Source of the DNA: Polyangiaceae bacterium
GTDB lineage: Bacteria; Myxococcota_A; Polyangia; Polyangiales; Polyangiaceae
Assembly: GCA_050287085.1 (NCBI GenBank)
Contig: JBNKBE010000006.1
Location: forward strand, 138,381-202,380
Direction of reading: 5' to 3'
Length of the DNA: 64,000 nt
The first letter of the stretch is position 1, and each line of letters starts with the position of its first letter. The notes below the pieces were generated by a model. That model was not told where the DNA came from, ran no database searches, and saw nothing but the letters and a program-made list of their open reading frames with translations. Shown here piece by piece: positions 40,788 through 51,758 of this stretch. The translations under genes and the position numbers were made by a program.

Positions 40788-41821
40788 GGGATGTCCCCGT
40801 AGTGCGCGAAACTCTCTGCGACAGCCAAGGGTCGAATGCAATCGGCGACCACCCGGGCCGTATCGGAGCGCATCCTAGCCCAGTCCACGGTCGCTGGCAC
40901 CTGCCAGCTCTCGTCGGGAAGCACCCAGGCACGCTCGAGCGGTGCCACGGCCGTGGCGCCCGACAGGACCACGCAATCCCGAAGTCTGCCGCTCCCCACC
41001 ACGCGTCCCCCCGGATGGATTAGGCTCCCCTGCACCTGAACCCGCCGGCCACAACTTACCGTTATCCGACCTGAGATACAATGCCCCGCCTGGCGCTCCA
41101 GAACCCCCGCTTGGCAGTCTCCCAATCCGCCCAACAAGGTGGCCCACGCCAGGTTGGCCGCCAGGAGTCGCGCCGTCTCCCCCAGATCGAGCCAGGGTCG
41201 CTCGTGCAGGAGCGTGGTGATGGAGCGCCCCGCACGCAGCCATGGCAAACACAGATCACCCACCAAGCAGCCGCGCCCCGGCAATGCTGCCAGCGCACTC
41301 TCACCCAGCGCCATGACCCCCACGTAGTCCGCCCCACGTATCTCTTGCCCAAAGCGCTCCCGTCGCAAACGCACCACTCGACCCGCCGCGTCCAATCCCA
41401 CGGTACCAGTCCCGGGTGCGTCGCCCCCGGCCGGCGGCGCGATCAGCAGGCATAGATCCCCGCGCACCGCCGCGGCTCGCAACGCCGCGAGGGGAGGCGC
41501 CGTCAGAATGTCCCCGTTCCATACGACACAAGGGGCCTGCAGCTGGTCGCTGGCGAAGGCTACCCCCCCCGCGGTGCCGAGCAACTCGGGCTCCCGGCTG
41601 AAGGTGAGGTCGAGCGACGGATAGCTGAAGCGCTGCCAACGCTCGGCCAGATGATGTGTATTGACGACCGCGCGTGACACGCCTTGGCTGACTGCCAGTG
41701 AAAGCAAGTGCGCTAGCATGGGGCGGTCCCCGAGTGGCGCCAATGGTTTGGGAACGCGGCGAGTGAGGGGCCGAAGCCGGGTGCCCGCCCCGGCGCAAAG
41801 TACCATTAGCGACGCGCCCAT
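40784..41821 (-). CDS. Nucleotidyltransferase (NTP_transferase, MurU/sugar-phosphate type)
   Basis: MVLCAGAGTRLRPLTRRVPKPL, VVNTHHL, EPELLGTAGG, NGDI, WLDLG. Confidence 0.88.
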   Translation of the reverse strand: MGASLMVLCAGAGTRLRPLTRRVPKPLAPLGDRPMLAHLLSLAVSQGVSRAVVNTHHLAERWQRFSYPSLDLTFSREPELLGTAGGVAFASDQLQAPCVVWNGDILTAPPLAALRAAAVRGDLCLLIAPPAGGDAPGTGTVGLDAAGRVVRLRRERFGQEIRGADYVGVMALGESALAALPGRGCLVGDLCLPWLRAGRSITTLLHERPWLDLGETARLLAANLAWATLLGGLGDCQAGVLERQAGHCISGRITVSCGRRVQVQGSLIHPGGRVVGSGRLRDCVVLSGATAVAPLERAWVLPDESWQVPATVDWARMRSDTARVVADCIRPLAVAESFAHYGDIP

Positions 41822-41908
41822 AAGACGGCCAGTATCACCTTTTCGGCTCCCCGCCAGGCTACAAAACTCGCCCCGGCCACAGCGATCTGCTAGCGGGTAT
41901 GCGCCTGC

Positions 41909-42343
41909 ATGTTTCGACCCGTCCTCCTTGCTATCTCCCTGCTGGCTACCATTTTCTCGGCCTGTGGCACCGACGCGGTGGGCGTCGATGTGTGCCAGCG
42001 CATCGAAGAAGCTCGTTGTGAGGCTGCTCGGCGTTGCGGCGACATCAGCGACGTCGACGCATGCCAGCGCTTCGCGCAAAACCAATGCCTGCATGGCGTA
42101 GCGCTCGAGAAGAGTCCAGGCACGGTGCTCGCAACGCGCTGCGCCGACGCACTCGAACTCGCGGGTCGTTGTGCTTCAAAGAATGGCAAGGGGTCGCGCG
42201 CGGAAGCTTGTGTCGATCTCGAGGCCAAAGGCGACGAGCGGGTTTGCGATATCGTGCGCGAACCGGAGCGTGCCAAGCGCTGCGCCTTCCTGATCGAAGC
42301 GGACGAAGCCGACTCGAAAGACCAAAGCGCCGACGCCGGTTGA
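41909..42343 (+). CDS. Small Cys-rich lipoprotein
   Basis: Signal peptide ending IFSA-C; about 10 further Cys. Confidence 0.75.
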   Translation: MFRPVLLAISLLATIFSACGTDAVGVDVCQRIEEARCEAARRCGDISDVDACQRFAQNQCLHGVALEKSPGTVLATRCADALELAGRCASKNGKGSRAEACVDLEAKGDERVCDIVREPERAKRCAFLIEADEADSKDQSADAG

Positions 42344-42435
42344 AGACGGTAAAAGGAACGGCACACGTGCGGCCCCCTGAGCCCACCACCAACGCAGGGG
42401 TGGCACTTTCCAACGTCGTCGGCTAGAAGGCGCGC

Positions 42436-43299
42436 ATGCGAGGCTACGTCGTGAAGGGTCAGCGCCTGAGCACTCTACTATCGGCCCTAGGGCTGAGTGC
42501 CTGTGCGAACTCAGCTCCGCTCAGCTCCACCGCCACCCACGAAGGCATCGAGGTGGATCCAGCCGAGTTCATCGCCCCTCAAGATTGCGCCCAGGGTTAT
42601 GCGGAGCTCTACGTAGCCACGCTGGTCGATCTCACGGATCCCGACGCTGCGCCGCGAAGCTCGGTCGCAACCTCATGCCTGAGCTCCGTGATCTTCGAAC
42701 AGCTGCCCTATCCGAACGCTGCCGGCGATCCGGTGCACCAGTTTCGCGCTGACATCTCGTTGTATACGCGAGCTGAAGACCATCGACCTGACGCGGGCAT
42801 CGACAAGCCGTCGTGGCTCGGTAGCTGCGGCCTAGGCAACGCAGAAGAACGCAGCCAGCGTGTGCGTTTCGACCTCTCCGTATCACCGGACGCAGGCCTC
42901 TGGAACGAAGACGCGGGTGCCCTGAATCAGGACGGTGGCGACTCGCTCGTGGACGCGAGCGACGGCACTGGTGGCGCACGCGCCGACGCCGGTGGGGACG
43001 CCGCCAGCACTCGAGGCGACGCCAGCCGCGACGCGGGTAGCATTCGCACAAACGCCGGTGGGAGCACCCGCGCCGACGCCGGCGTAGCTCCCCGCCTCGA
43101 CGCGGGACCCGCGCTCGCGCCCACTCGCGCCCCATCCGACGCGGGCTCCGGCCGCAACCCGACCGACGTCGAAAGCACGCAAGACGCCGGCGCCAACCCG
43201 CCCAAGAGCGACCCGGACGCCCCCTACGGGGGGGCCGCTACGCCGATCCGTAGCCAGATCGTCTCGCTTCGCGGCTGCCTCCTCACAGCTGCGAACTAG
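42436..43299 (+). CDS. Hypothetical lipoprotein with DAG-rich linker
   Basis: Lipobox LSA-C; many DAG/DGG motifs. Confidence 0.7.
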   Translation: MRGYVVKGQRLSTLLSALGLSACANSAPLSSTATHEGIEVDPAEFIAPQDCAQGYAELYVATLVDLTDPDAAPRSSVATSCLSSVIFEQLPYPNAAGDPVHQFRADISLYTRAEDHRPDAGIDKPSWLGSCGLGNAEERSQRVRFDLSVSPDAGLWNEDAGALNQDGGDSLVDASDGTGGARADAGGDAASTRGDASRDAGSIRTNAGGSTRADAGVAPRLDAGPALAPTRAPSDAGSGRNPTDVESTQDAGANPPKSDPDAPYGGAATPIRSQIVSLRGCLLTAAN

Positions 43300-43411
43300 G
43301 CGGCTCGCCCACCCCCGTCACCTAAGGCGGTCTTCATACAGGCGGCGAGGCGCATTTCAAGGCGCCTCCAGCTGGCGCTTTTGCGGGCGGGCCGCTACAC
43401 CGTGGAGGTGT

Positions 43412-44257
43412 ATGTCGAACTGGCAATCTAGCGGCGGCTTCAGCCTGCAGCGCCCGGGCAACGCTGTCCTGGGCGTCATGGGCGCTCTGTTCTTCGTCTG
43501 GTTGATGTTCGCCGTTGCCATCAATTGGGGCGGGGCGAGCCAAGAATTGTTCCTGCTCTTCTGCGGCGACAGCGAACGGCTGCTCCACGGTGAGGTCTGG
43601 CGTCTGTTCACGGCCCCCTGGATGCACATGCCAAGCGGCAGCGTGGGACACATTCTGTGGGCCCTTGTCGGCCTGTTCTTCTTGACCCCGGAACTCGAAC
43701 GGCGCTGGGGCACACGCCGCCTGCTGCGCTTCCTCTTTCTGTCCGGCATCATCGCCTACGGCTTCCAATTCGTCATGGGTTTGATGTTGCAAGGCACCTC
43801 GCTTGCGCGCCTCGCTCCGCCGATTTGGTTCGGCGCCTTCCCGATTATCGAAGCGGTGGCGGTCGCGTGGGCTCTAAGCTTCCGCGACCGTCAGGTGCGC
43901 TTGATGTTCGTGCTTCCCGCCAGCGCCAACATGCTGCTCTATTTCGTGCTCGGCATGAGCGTCCTCAAGGTCATCGCCGACGCCCAGTCACCGGAAGGCC
44001 TGCTTTCCCCTTTTGGGGGCATGTTTGCAGGGTGGCTGCTCGGCGCCAGCACCCCTTCTCCCCTGAGACGCGCCTACCTTTCGCTGAAGCTGCACAAGGT
44101 CGAAGCCCAGGCGCGACGGGAACGACGCAATCGCAACGGTGGGGACGAGAAACGCTCCCGGGGCAGCCACTTGCGGGCTATCCCGGGGGGCAAACGAGAC
44201 GCGGAGTCGATGCCAGAGCGGGGTCGCAAAGGCCCGAATGGTCGCTGGCTCAATTAG
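43412..44257 (+). CDS. Rhomboid-superfamily membrane protein lacking catalytic Ser
   Basis: GGAGG RBS; GEVWRLFTAPW.H, ELERRWG; FGAF where GxSG is expected; C-terminal HLRAIPGG and RWLN. Confidence 0.75.
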   Translation: MSNWQSSGGFSLQRPGNAVLGVMGALFFVWLMFAVAINWGGASQELFLLFCGDSERLLHGEVWRLFTAPWMHMPSGSVGHILWALVGLFFLTPELERRWGTRRLLRFLFLSGIIAYGFQFVMGLMLQGTSLARLAPPIWFGAFPIIEAVAVAWALSFRDRQVRLMFVLPASANMLLYFVLGMSVLKVIADAQSPEGLLSPFGGMFAGWLLGASTPSPLRRAYLSLKLHKVEAQARRERRNRNGGDEKRSRGSHLRAIPGGKRDAESMPERGRKGPNGRWLN

Positions 44258-44356
44258 CCGGCATCAGACTCCCCTCGCGGCAGTCCACAAGTCACCGCTG
44301 CACCCCCCGCTCGTTTCTTGGGTTGTTGGACAAAACACGCTAACAGGGCTAGCGCC

Positions 44357-44929
44357 ATGCAAGAGCTGTTGTCGTATGACGAAGTCGAGCGCGGATTGCG
44401 ACGGATCGCGGAGGAGCTCCTAGCGCAGCAGCCTGACACCTCGGATCTCGTATTGATAGGTGTGCGCCGCGGCGGCTTGCCCATGATGGAGCGTCTCGCC
44501 GGCTGGATCAAAAACCTGAATGGCGCCGACGTGGCCACCGGCTCCGTGGATATCACGCTCTACCGGGACGATGCGGCCAGTGCGTTACCGAATCCGCGCA
44601 TCGGCGCCAGCGATATTCCCGTGCATCTCGACGGCAAGCGCGTCGTGCTGATCGACGACGTCTTGTACACCCGTCGCACGATCCGCGCCGCCATCGACGC
44701 TTTGATGGACTACGGACGTCCCCGCAACATCGAGTTGGCGGTCATGGTGGACCGCGCGGGTCGACAACTGCCGATCCAACCCGACTACCGCATCCGCCGA
44801 GTCGAAAGCGTGGCCGACGACGAACGCATCGATGTCTACGAGGACGAGCGCGGCCTGCGTGCCGTCATTTCGAAGGTCTCCAGTCCAAGTATTCCGCCGC
44901 GAGCCGCTCCCGACGCAAGCGACCCCTGA
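44357..44929 (+). CDS. pyrR: Pyrimidine regulatory protein / uracil phosphoribosyltransferase PyrR
   Basis: DITLYRDD, VVLIDDVLYT.RTIRAA.DAL.DYGRP, VDR.GR.LPIQPDY. Confidence 0.95.
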   Translation: MQELLSYDEVERGLRRIAEELLAQQPDTSDLVLIGVRRGGLPMMERLAGWIKNLNGADVATGSVDITLYRDDAASALPNPRIGASDIPVHLDGKRVVLIDDVLYTRRTIRAAIDALMDYGRPRNIELAVMVDRAGRQLPIQPDYRIRRVESVADDERIDVYEDERGLRAVISKVSSPSIPPRAAPDASDP

Positions 44930-45094
44930 GTCTCAAGCGCCAAAACGGCGGACCCATGCAGCCCGGCACTGGCAGCTGCTCGTCCGGGCGCTCGTCGCAA
45001 CTTGGGGCCACTTCGGCACACCCATGCTCGACGACGGGTGCGCGCACAGGTGGGGTTGCGGGCGCTATTGGTTCGCGTCTATGGTGCGCGCCGC

Positions 45095-46018
45095 ATGCAG
45101 CTCCGGCGTCTCGTTTCCATCCATGACTTGACCGCCACTCAGGCCACGGAACTACTGAGTGCCGCTGACGCTTTCCTCGAGCTCAACCGGCGACCGATCA
45201 AGAAGACACCCACGTTGCGCGGCAAAACCGTGCTGAACCTCTTCTTCGAGAACTCGACCCGCACGCGCACTTCCTTTGAACTGGCTGGGAAGCGTTTGAG
45301 CGCCGACGTGGTCAACATCAGTGCGGCGGCCTCAAGTGTGAAGAAGGGCGAGAGTCTTAAGGACACCATCCTCACGCTGAATGCGATGCACCCGGACGTG
45401 CTCGTCGTTCGGCACAGCTCCTCGGGCGCTGCTGAATACGTCTCCCGCCATACTCAGGCCGTAGTCGTCAACGCGGGAGATGGGACCCATGAACACCCGA
45501 CGCAAGCGCTGCTCGACGCGTTCACCATACGACGCGCCGGCAAGCCCTTCGAGGGCCTCGTGGTCACCATCTGTGGCGACATCCGCCACAGCCGCGTGGC
45601 CCGTTCCAACGTCTTGCTGCTCAGCAAGCTGGGTGCGCGCGTTCGGCTCGCCGGGCCCCGGACCCTCCTCCCGATTCAGCCTGAGGGGCTCGGTTGTGAA
45701 GTCTTCTCGCGCCTTGAGCCAGCGCTGGAAGGCGCTGACGTCGTCATGATGTTGCGCATTCAGCAGGAGCGCTTGGGTGGGGCTCACTTCTCGAGCCTGC
45801 GGGAATACTCCCGCTTCTTCTCCCTCAATCGCAAACGGCTTGAGCTTGCCAAAGCCGACGCGCTAGTCCTCCATCCCGGTCCGATGAATCGTGGCGTGGA
45901 GATCTCCGACGAGATCGCCGATGATCCGAGGTGCGCCGTCCTTCAACAGGTGGAAAGTGGCGTCGCCGTTCGCGCGGCTGTTCTCTATGCTTGCTCGGGT
46001 GAACGAGGCGAGGCGTGA
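45095..46018 (+). CDS. pyrB: Aspartate carbamoyltransferase catalytic subunit
   Basis: [57 protein letters not shown]. Confidence 0.97.
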   Translation: MQLRRLVSIHDLTATQATELLSAADAFLELNRRPIKKTPTLRGKTVLNLFFENSTRTRTSFELAGKRLSADVVNISAAASSVKKGESLKDTILTLNAMHPDVLVVRHSSSGAAEYVSRHTQAVVVNAGDGTHEHPTQALLDAFTIRRAGKPFEGLVVTICGDIRHSRVARSNVLLLSKLGARVRLAGPRTLLPIQPEGLGCEVFSRLEPALEGADVVMMLRIQQERLGGAHFSSLREYSRFFSLNRKRLELAKADALVLHPGPMNRGVEISDEIADDPRCAVLQQVESGVAVRAAVLYACSGERGEA

Positions 46019-46662
46019 GGCGCCCCGCGCTGGGTCCACTCGGTGGGCTAGTGCTGGCGGTAGCGGGGGCCACACTCAGCTGCGCAAAGCACCCTTCCTC
46101 CGACCAAGCGAGCCAAGCTGCGTCGACGGCCTCGGACGCGCCAGCGGCGCAGCCGGCTACGTCCTCCGAGGAGCGTTTGATCACCTTGCCCCTCGGACTT
46201 GGCATCACCGACGCGGCTGGGCTGAAGCAACGCGCGCGCGCTCTCGGTGGCGCGGGCACGCTGGTCAACGTATGGGCAAGCTGGTGTGGCAGCTGCCGCG
46301 CAGAGATGCCCATGCTCTTGTCCTTGCGCGAAGAATACGCGGCCAAGGGCGTCCATATGCTCTTCGTCTCCGTCGATGCGCCTCAAGACGCTGAGAAGGC
46401 GATGGCCTTCCTAGATGAGCTCCACGCGCCCCCTCCCCGACTGATGGTCAGCGGCTCCCTGGAAGCCTTCAAGGCAGCCATGAGCCCGGTCTGGCGCGGT
46501 TCGCTGCCCGCGACGTTCTTGTTCGACAATCAGGGTGCGCTGCGCTTCACCTGGGGCGCGCAAGTCTTCGAATCCGAGCTGCGCCCAGTGCTCGATGGCT
46601 TCCTGCGGGGCGAGCCTATCGACGGCGCAGCCAACTTCTCGGTTCGACGCAGTCCGGGTTAA
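46015..46662 (+). CDS. TlpA-family thioredoxin-like lipoprotein
   Basis: Lipobox [33 protein letters not shown] overlap with pyrB. Confidence 0.88.
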   Translation: MRRPALGPLGGLVLAVAGATLSCAKHPSSDQASQAASTASDAPAAQPATSSEERLITLPLGLGITDAAGLKQRARALGGAGTLVNVWASWCGSCRAEMPMLLSLREEYAAKGVHMLFVSVDAPQDAEKAMAFLDELHAPPPRLMVSGSLEAFKAAMSPVWRGSLPATFLFDNQGALRFTWGAQVFESELRPVLDGFLRGEPIDGAANFSVRRSPG

Positions 46663-47501
46663 GCGGAGGCCACCGGGACGTCAATCAACTCCGGCTCCGG
46701 CACAGCCTCTCCAAGAAAGCGCTCCGCCTGCGCCGAAAAACTGCGCGGAAGATCCGAGACCAGAAGTCGCAACCCGCCGGGGCCCTCCGCCAGAGTTCCC
46801 GCCGCGCTGAGCGTCGCGGCCAAAGCGCTCGCCGCCGCGGCAGCGCCATCGACAACCAGTACTTCCGAGCCCGCCAGCTTTCTCGCCTCGGCCTCGATGA
46901 CCTGGCGCAGGAGGGGGTAATGGGTGCAGCCTAGCACCAGCACGCGAGCCCCACCCGCCATCAGCGGCTCGAGGTAGCGACGCACTGCAAGGGCTGGAAC
47001 CTCCCCACTGAGCCAGCCTTCCTCCGCGAGCGGCACCAGCAGCGGGGCAGCCTCCTGCACCACCACGGTTGCGGGACGAAGAAACTGCACGGCACGGACA
47101 TAGGCCCCCGATTCGACCGTTGGACGGGTGGCGAGCACGCCGACGCGCGCATCCGCTCTCCCGAGCTGCGTAAGCGCGGCCAAAGCAGCCAACGCCCCTG
47201 GCTCAATGACCCCAATGACGGGGATGGCGAGTTCTCCCTGCAAGACCTCGAGCGCCACCGCGCAGGCGGTATTGCAGGCCACGACCAATGCCTTTACGCC
47301 CCGTTCGACGAGCACATTGGTGCAGCCACGGGCGTAGCGAACAACCGTCTGAGGAGAACGCGTTCCGTAGGGCACACGCGCGGTATCTCCCAGGTAAACG
47401 ATCTGCTCATTGGGCACCAGAGCCCTAAGCGCCCTCACAACCGTGAGTCCACCGAGTCCGGAATCGAATACGCCGATGGGAGCGTTCCGCTCGCGACTCA
47501 A
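46659..47501 (-). CDS. murI: Glutamate racemase
   Basis: IGVFDSGLGGLTV, DTARVPYG, VACNTA, LGCTHYP; TTG start overlapping the hom stop. Confidence 0.95.
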   Translation of the reverse strand: MSRERNAPIGVFDSGLGGLTVVRALRALVPNEQIVYLGDTARVPYGTRSPQTVVRYARGCTNVLVERGVKALVVACNTACAVALEVLQGELAIPVIGVIEPGALAALAALTQLGRADARVGVLATRPTVESGAYVRAVQFLRPATVVVQEAAPLLVPLAEEGWLSGEVPALAVRRYLEPLMAGGARVLVLGCTHYPLLRQVIEAEARKLAGSEVLVVDGAAAAASALAATLSAAGTLAEGPGGLRLLVSDLPRSFSAQAERFLGEAVPEPELIDVPVASA

Positions 47502-48805
47502 ACCGCCTCGATGCGGATCAGGCGCGGCGGGGCCGACATGAAACTGGCCTCCGCGAGCTTGTGGAGCGCAGCGGAAACGTGCCCTTCCTTGCACAGGTGC
47601 GTGATCATCTGGAGCGCAACCGGACTCTCTCCGGCGCTCCCGGAATCCTGAACCACGTGCTCGACGCTCACGCCGCACTCGCCCAATGTGGTGGCGATCT
47701 TGCCCAGCACGCCCAGTTCATCCGCCACCGAGAAGCGGAGATAGTAGCGACACTCCAATTCACTCATGGGAACCAAGGCGCACGGCTCAGGGCGAATCGC
47801 GCTCGACAACAGTCCAGTAGCGCCCTCCACCCGTGCGCGCGCCACATCCACCACGTCCGCCACAACGCTCACCGCGGTCGGCATTTCTCCAGCGCCGCGC
47901 CCTACTAGCAGACACGGCCCCAGCGCGCGCCCCTGGATCAGCGCACCGTTCAGCACTCCGTTGATGCCTGCAAGCTGCCCTTCTTTGGGCACCAACGCGG
48001 GGTGCACCCGCAGTTCAAGTCGTTCCCCACAAGGCCGACCGACAGCAAGATGCTTGATGGTGAAGCCGTAGCGCTCCGCGAACGCAAAGTCCTGCGCGTC
48101 AACCTGACGAATCCCCTCGACGTGGACTCGCTCCGGATCGACGTCCGCACCGAAAGCGAGCATACTCAGAACAACGAGCTTCTGGGCCGCGTCGTGACCG
48201 TCGACGTCTAAAGACGGGTCGGCTTCCGCGTACCCCAAGCGCTGAGCATCACGCACTACCTCCTCAAAGCCGAGGCCTTCGTGCTGCATGCGCGTTAACA
48301 CGTAGTTACAAGTGCCGTTCAGCAGCGCGTACACACTGTCGACCCAGTCGCTGGTCAACGAGTCACGCAGCGTGCGAATGATTGGCACCCCGCCGCCCAC
48401 CGAAGCTTCGAACGCCAAGTCCACGCTATTGGCAGCGGCTTGTCGCAACAGCTCCCCCCCTTGATGCGCTACCAAGAGCTTGTTCGCGGTAACGACGCTC
48501 TTGCCCGCTGCGATCGCACGACGCAAGTAGCCGCTGGCCGGCTCTTGTCCGCCCATCACCTCGACTACAACGTCAACGCTCTCATCGCTGAAGACGACTT
48601 CAGGATCGGTGGTGACCCAGTGCTCTTCGCACTCGGGCACGCGGGCCTTGCTCCGATCGCGCACCAGGACATGCGCTATCTCGATAGGGGCGCCAATGCG
48701 CGCCCCTAGGTGCTCGGCATTTTCCCTCACCAGGCGTATTACGCCCCCACCGACAACACCTCCACCGAGTAAGGCAACCCGAATCTTGTCTTTATGCATG
48801 CTCAC
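47498..48805 (-). CDS. hom: Homoserine dehydrogenase with C-terminal ACT domain
   Basis: LLGGGVVGGG, VVTANK, FEASVGGGVP, NGTCNYVL, GYAEADP, GRGAG..PTA, YYLRF ACT domain. Confidence 0.95.
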   Translation of the reverse strand: MSMHKDKIRVALLGGGVVGGGVIRLVRENAEHLGARIGAPIEIAHVLVRDRSKARVPECEEHWVTTDPEVVFSDESVDVVVEVMGGQEPASGYLRRAIAAGKSVVTANKLLVAHQGGELLRQAAANSVDLAFEASVGGGVPIIRTLRDSLTSDWVDSVYALLNGTCNYVLTRMQHEGLGFEEVVRDAQRLGYAEADPSLDVDGHDAAQKLVVLSMLAFGADVDPERVHVEGIRQVDAQDFAFAERYGFTIKHLAVGRPCGERLELRVHPALVPKEGQLAGINGVLNGALIQGRALGPCLLVGRGAGEMPTAVSVVADVVDVARARVEGATGLLSSAIRPEPCALVPMSELECRYYLRFSVADELGVLGKIATTLGECGVSVEHVVQDSGSAGESPVALQMITHLCKEGHVSAALHKLAEASFMSAPPRLIRIEAV

Positions 48806-49099
48806 TACGGCTCATCTCCGATCGCGAGCCGTTTAGCACGCTCTGGGGCGAAAAGCCGTACTACAGCACTGCCGGCCTGAAGCCCGGACAACGTCCGCAG
48901 GGGCCCAACCTTGATGGATAGTCGGTCCGGCCCCCCCCACCGGGCTTTGCCCAATCCCGGTCCCGACTCGACCGTTGGTCTCGCTGCCCGCGCGCAACCA
49001 TCAGCCAGGCGGTGCTGCAACCGGCTCCCAAAACCGAACCCCTCCAACGGCCGAACCCCTAAGCGCTCAAAGCTTCGCAGCAGCGCCGCTGCGTGGACC

Positions 49100-49130
49100 T
49101 ATCGCGCCCGCTCTGAGAGCAGGCGCGATA
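49100..49130. terminator. GC-rich hairpin downstream of lon
   Basis: TATCGCGCC-c-GCTC-TGA-GAGC-a-GGCGCGATA, about 30 nt past the lon stop; no clear U-tract. Confidence 0.4.
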
Positions 49131-49162
49131 TCGCCCCCGCTCTCAGAAGGGGCCGCGGGCGC

Positions 49163-51604
49163 TCAGTTGGTTTGCTTGAGCGTGGCCTCTTGCGCCGCTA
49201 CTTGGTCCAGGTATTCGGGTCCCGGTTTGGGCTCACTTTCCAGGGCAGCCGTCAGGACCTCCTCAAGGTGGGTCACGGGAACGAACTCCAATTCGTCCCG
49301 GATCTCCTTGGGCACTTCCTCCAAGTCAGCCTTGTTGCGCTCTGGAAAGACGATCCGACGAATTCCGGCCCGGTGCGCCGCCAAGGTCTTCTCTTTGAAC
49401 CCCCCGATCGGCAACACACGACCCCGCAGCGAGATCTCACCTGTCATCGCCACGTCGTGTCGCACTCGAATCCCAGTGAGCAGCGAGACCAATGCGGTAA
49501 ACATCGTGATGCCTGCACTGGGGCCATCCTTTGGCATAGCCCCTGCCGGGATGTGGATGTGGACGTCGCTCTTGTCTAGGAAGTCTTTGGCAATGCCATA
49601 CTTCTGCGCATTGCTGCGCACGTAGCTCAACGCGGCATGAGCGCTCTCTTTCATCACATCACCGAGCTGTCCAGTGAGCTGCAACTTGCCCGTGCCGAAC
49701 ATGCGCGTAGCTTCGATGAATAGGATTTCGCCACCCGCACTCGTCCAGGCTAACCCCGTGCAAACACCCGTTTCTTCGGTGCGCTCGGCCACTTCGCTCG
49801 TGTACTTGATGGGCCCCAGGAACTCGCGTAGATCATCCTCGGTCTTGATCGTCCGATGGGCGGAGTCGCCTTCCGCAACCTTGACGGCCACACCCCGGAT
49901 TACGCTCGCAACCTGTCGCTCCAGCGAGCGAACGCCGGCCTCTCGCGTGTAGTGCTCAATGAGCTCTTCAATCGCCTCGTCGGTGATCGTGACTTGTTCC
50001 CCGCTGAGACCGTGCTCCTCAAGTTGCTTCGGCAGCAGATGCTGGCGTGCGATGGCTAGCTTTTCGCGTCGCGTATAACCCGGTAGATCCAGGATCTCCA
50101 TCCGGTCACGGAGCGGCGGCGGGATCGGATCTGCGATATTGGCTGTTGCGACGAACATCACCTTGGACAGATCGTAGGGGATCTCCAAGTAGTGATCGGC
50201 AAACGTATTGTTTTGCTCTGGATCGAGCACTTCCAACAAGGCCGCGCTCGGATCACCCCGGAAGTCGTGCCCTACCTTGTCGATTTCGTCGAGCATGAAC
50301 ACCGGATTTATCGTGCCAGCCTTCTTCATGCCTTGGATTAGCTGTCCCGGCAGCGCCCCCACGTAGGTCCTTCTGTGGCCACGAATAGCCGCTTCGTCGT
50401 GCACCCCACCCAGAGAAATGCGGACGAATTTGCGGCCGATCGCCGACGCGATGCTCTTGCCCAGCGAGGTCTTGCCGACGCCGGGTGGTCCAAGCAGGCA
50501 CAAGATCGGACCGCGCTTGTCCTTTTTGAGCTTGCGCACGGCGAGGTATTCAACGATGCGCTTCTTGACCTTCTCCAGACCGTAGTGGTCCTCATCAAGG
50601 ACCTTGCGCACTTCCGCAATCTCCAACCGATCGTCGGTGGTCTTGGACCACGGTAGGTCGACGATCCAATCGAGGTAGGTGCGCACCACAGTGTACTCCG
50701 CACTGCCCACCTGCATGGCACGCAAACGCTTGAGCTGCTTCTTCGCCACCTCGTGGGCCTCGCTTGGCAGGTCGGCTTTGGCGATACGCTCTTCGAGCCC
50801 ATCGAGATCGCTCTGGTCGCCTTCGTCCTCGCCCAGCTCCTCCTTGATCGCCTTGAGCTGTTGGCGCAGCACGTACTCGCGCTGATTCTTCCCCATTTCC
50901 TCTTTGATCTGGGAATTGATGCGCTCGCGCATCTTGAGAATCTCGAGCTGCCGGGTCAGTAAGCGCAATACTTTGCGAATACGCTCTTTGACGTCCACCG
51001 TCTCGATCAACTGGGCCTTCTCTTCAACAGGTGCGTCCAGATTCGCCGCAACAAGATCGGAAAGCGATCCTGGGGCATGCACGGAGTCCATGAGTGAAGC
51101 TGCTTCCCTCGGAAGTTCCGGCATCAGCTGAATGACCTGCTTGGCCACGTCCCGCAAACTCATCGCCAAGGCCTCCGCCTCCACGTCTTCGAGCGGCGTA
51201 GACTCAACACGCGAAATGCGCGCGCGCAGATAGGGGTCTTCCTGCAGGGTCTCACCGTAGCGAATACGGGTCAGCCCCTGCAGAATCAGCGAGTAGTTGC
51301 CGGAACTATGCTTGAGCGCTTTGAGTACACGCGCCGCACAACCTATCGGATACAACTCCTCGGGTCCGGGATCGTCGGTTGATGGATCGCGCTGAGTGAA
51401 GATCGCGATCACGGGCGACGCGTTCCGGTGAACGTTCTCCACCAATGCGACCGACTTGTCGCGTCCCACATCAAAGGGGGCGACCTGACCGGGGAATAGC
51501 ACCGCATTGCGTATGGGCAACACCGCTAACTCGTCGTCAAAACGGAGCTCATCTTCCGATGGGGGTGCGACACTCGGAGCCGGCGGGTGCTTGCTTTCGC
51601 TCAT
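49163..51604 (-). CDS. lon: ATP-dependent Lon protease
   Basis: LPIRNAVLFP Lon-N, GPPGVGKTS, IRGHRRTYVGA, PKDGPSAG, MTGEISLRGRVLPIGG.KEK. Confidence 0.97.
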   Translation of the reverse strand: MSESKHPPAPSVAPPSEDELRFDDELAVLPIRNAVLFPGQVAPFDVGRDKSVALVENVHRNASPVIAIFTQRDPSTDDPGPEELYPIGCAARVLKALKHSSGNYSLILQGLTRIRYGETLQEDPYLRARISRVESTPLEDVEAEALAMSLRDVAKQVIQLMPELPREAASLMDSVHAPGSLSDLVAANLDAPVEEKAQLIETVDVKERIRKVLRLLTRQLEILKMRERINSQIKEEMGKNQREYVLRQQLKAIKEELGEDEGDQSDLDGLEERIAKADLPSEAHEVAKKQLKRLRAMQVGSAEYTVVRTYLDWIVDLPWSKTTDDRLEIAEVRKVLDEDHYGLEKVKKRIVEYLAVRKLKKDKRGPILCLLGPPGVGKTSLGKSIASAIGRKFVRISLGGVHDEAAIRGHRRTYVGALPGQLIQGMKKAGTINPVFMLDEIDKVGHDFRGDPSAALLEVLDPEQNNTFADHYLEIPYDLSKVMFVATANIADPIPPPLRDRMEILDLPGYTRREKLAIARQHLLPKQLEEHGLSGEQVTITDEAIEELIEHYTREAGVRSLERQVASVIRGVAVKVAEGDSAHRTIKTEDDLREFLGPIKYTSEVAERTEETGVCTGLAWTSAGGEILFIEATRMFGTGKLQLTGQLGDVMKESAHAALSYVRSNAQKYGIAKDFLDKSDVHIHIPAGAMPKDGPSAGITMFTALVSLLTGIRVRHDVAMTGEISLRGRVLPIGGFKEKTLAAHRAGIRRIVFPERNKADLEEVPKEIRDELEFVPVTHLEEVLTAALESEPKPGPEYLDQVAAQEATLKQTN

Positions 51605-51758
51605 GCCATTGGTTGTGCGACGAGTATGATCCTTTTGCAAGGAACTGACCTCCGCTTGCTGACAATTGGGATGGCTCCGGCTGGCCCTGCGTCTTCTCCG
51701 TCCAGCCCCTGAGCCAGCGCCGTCGACACCCCCAAGCGCATGCGCTACACCCCCCCCG

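Noticed and set aside
44258..44356. PyrR-binding attenuator upstream of pyrR
   Set aside because: AGTCC is present but the rest of the ARUCCNGNGAGGYU consensus and a terminator/antiterminator are not.
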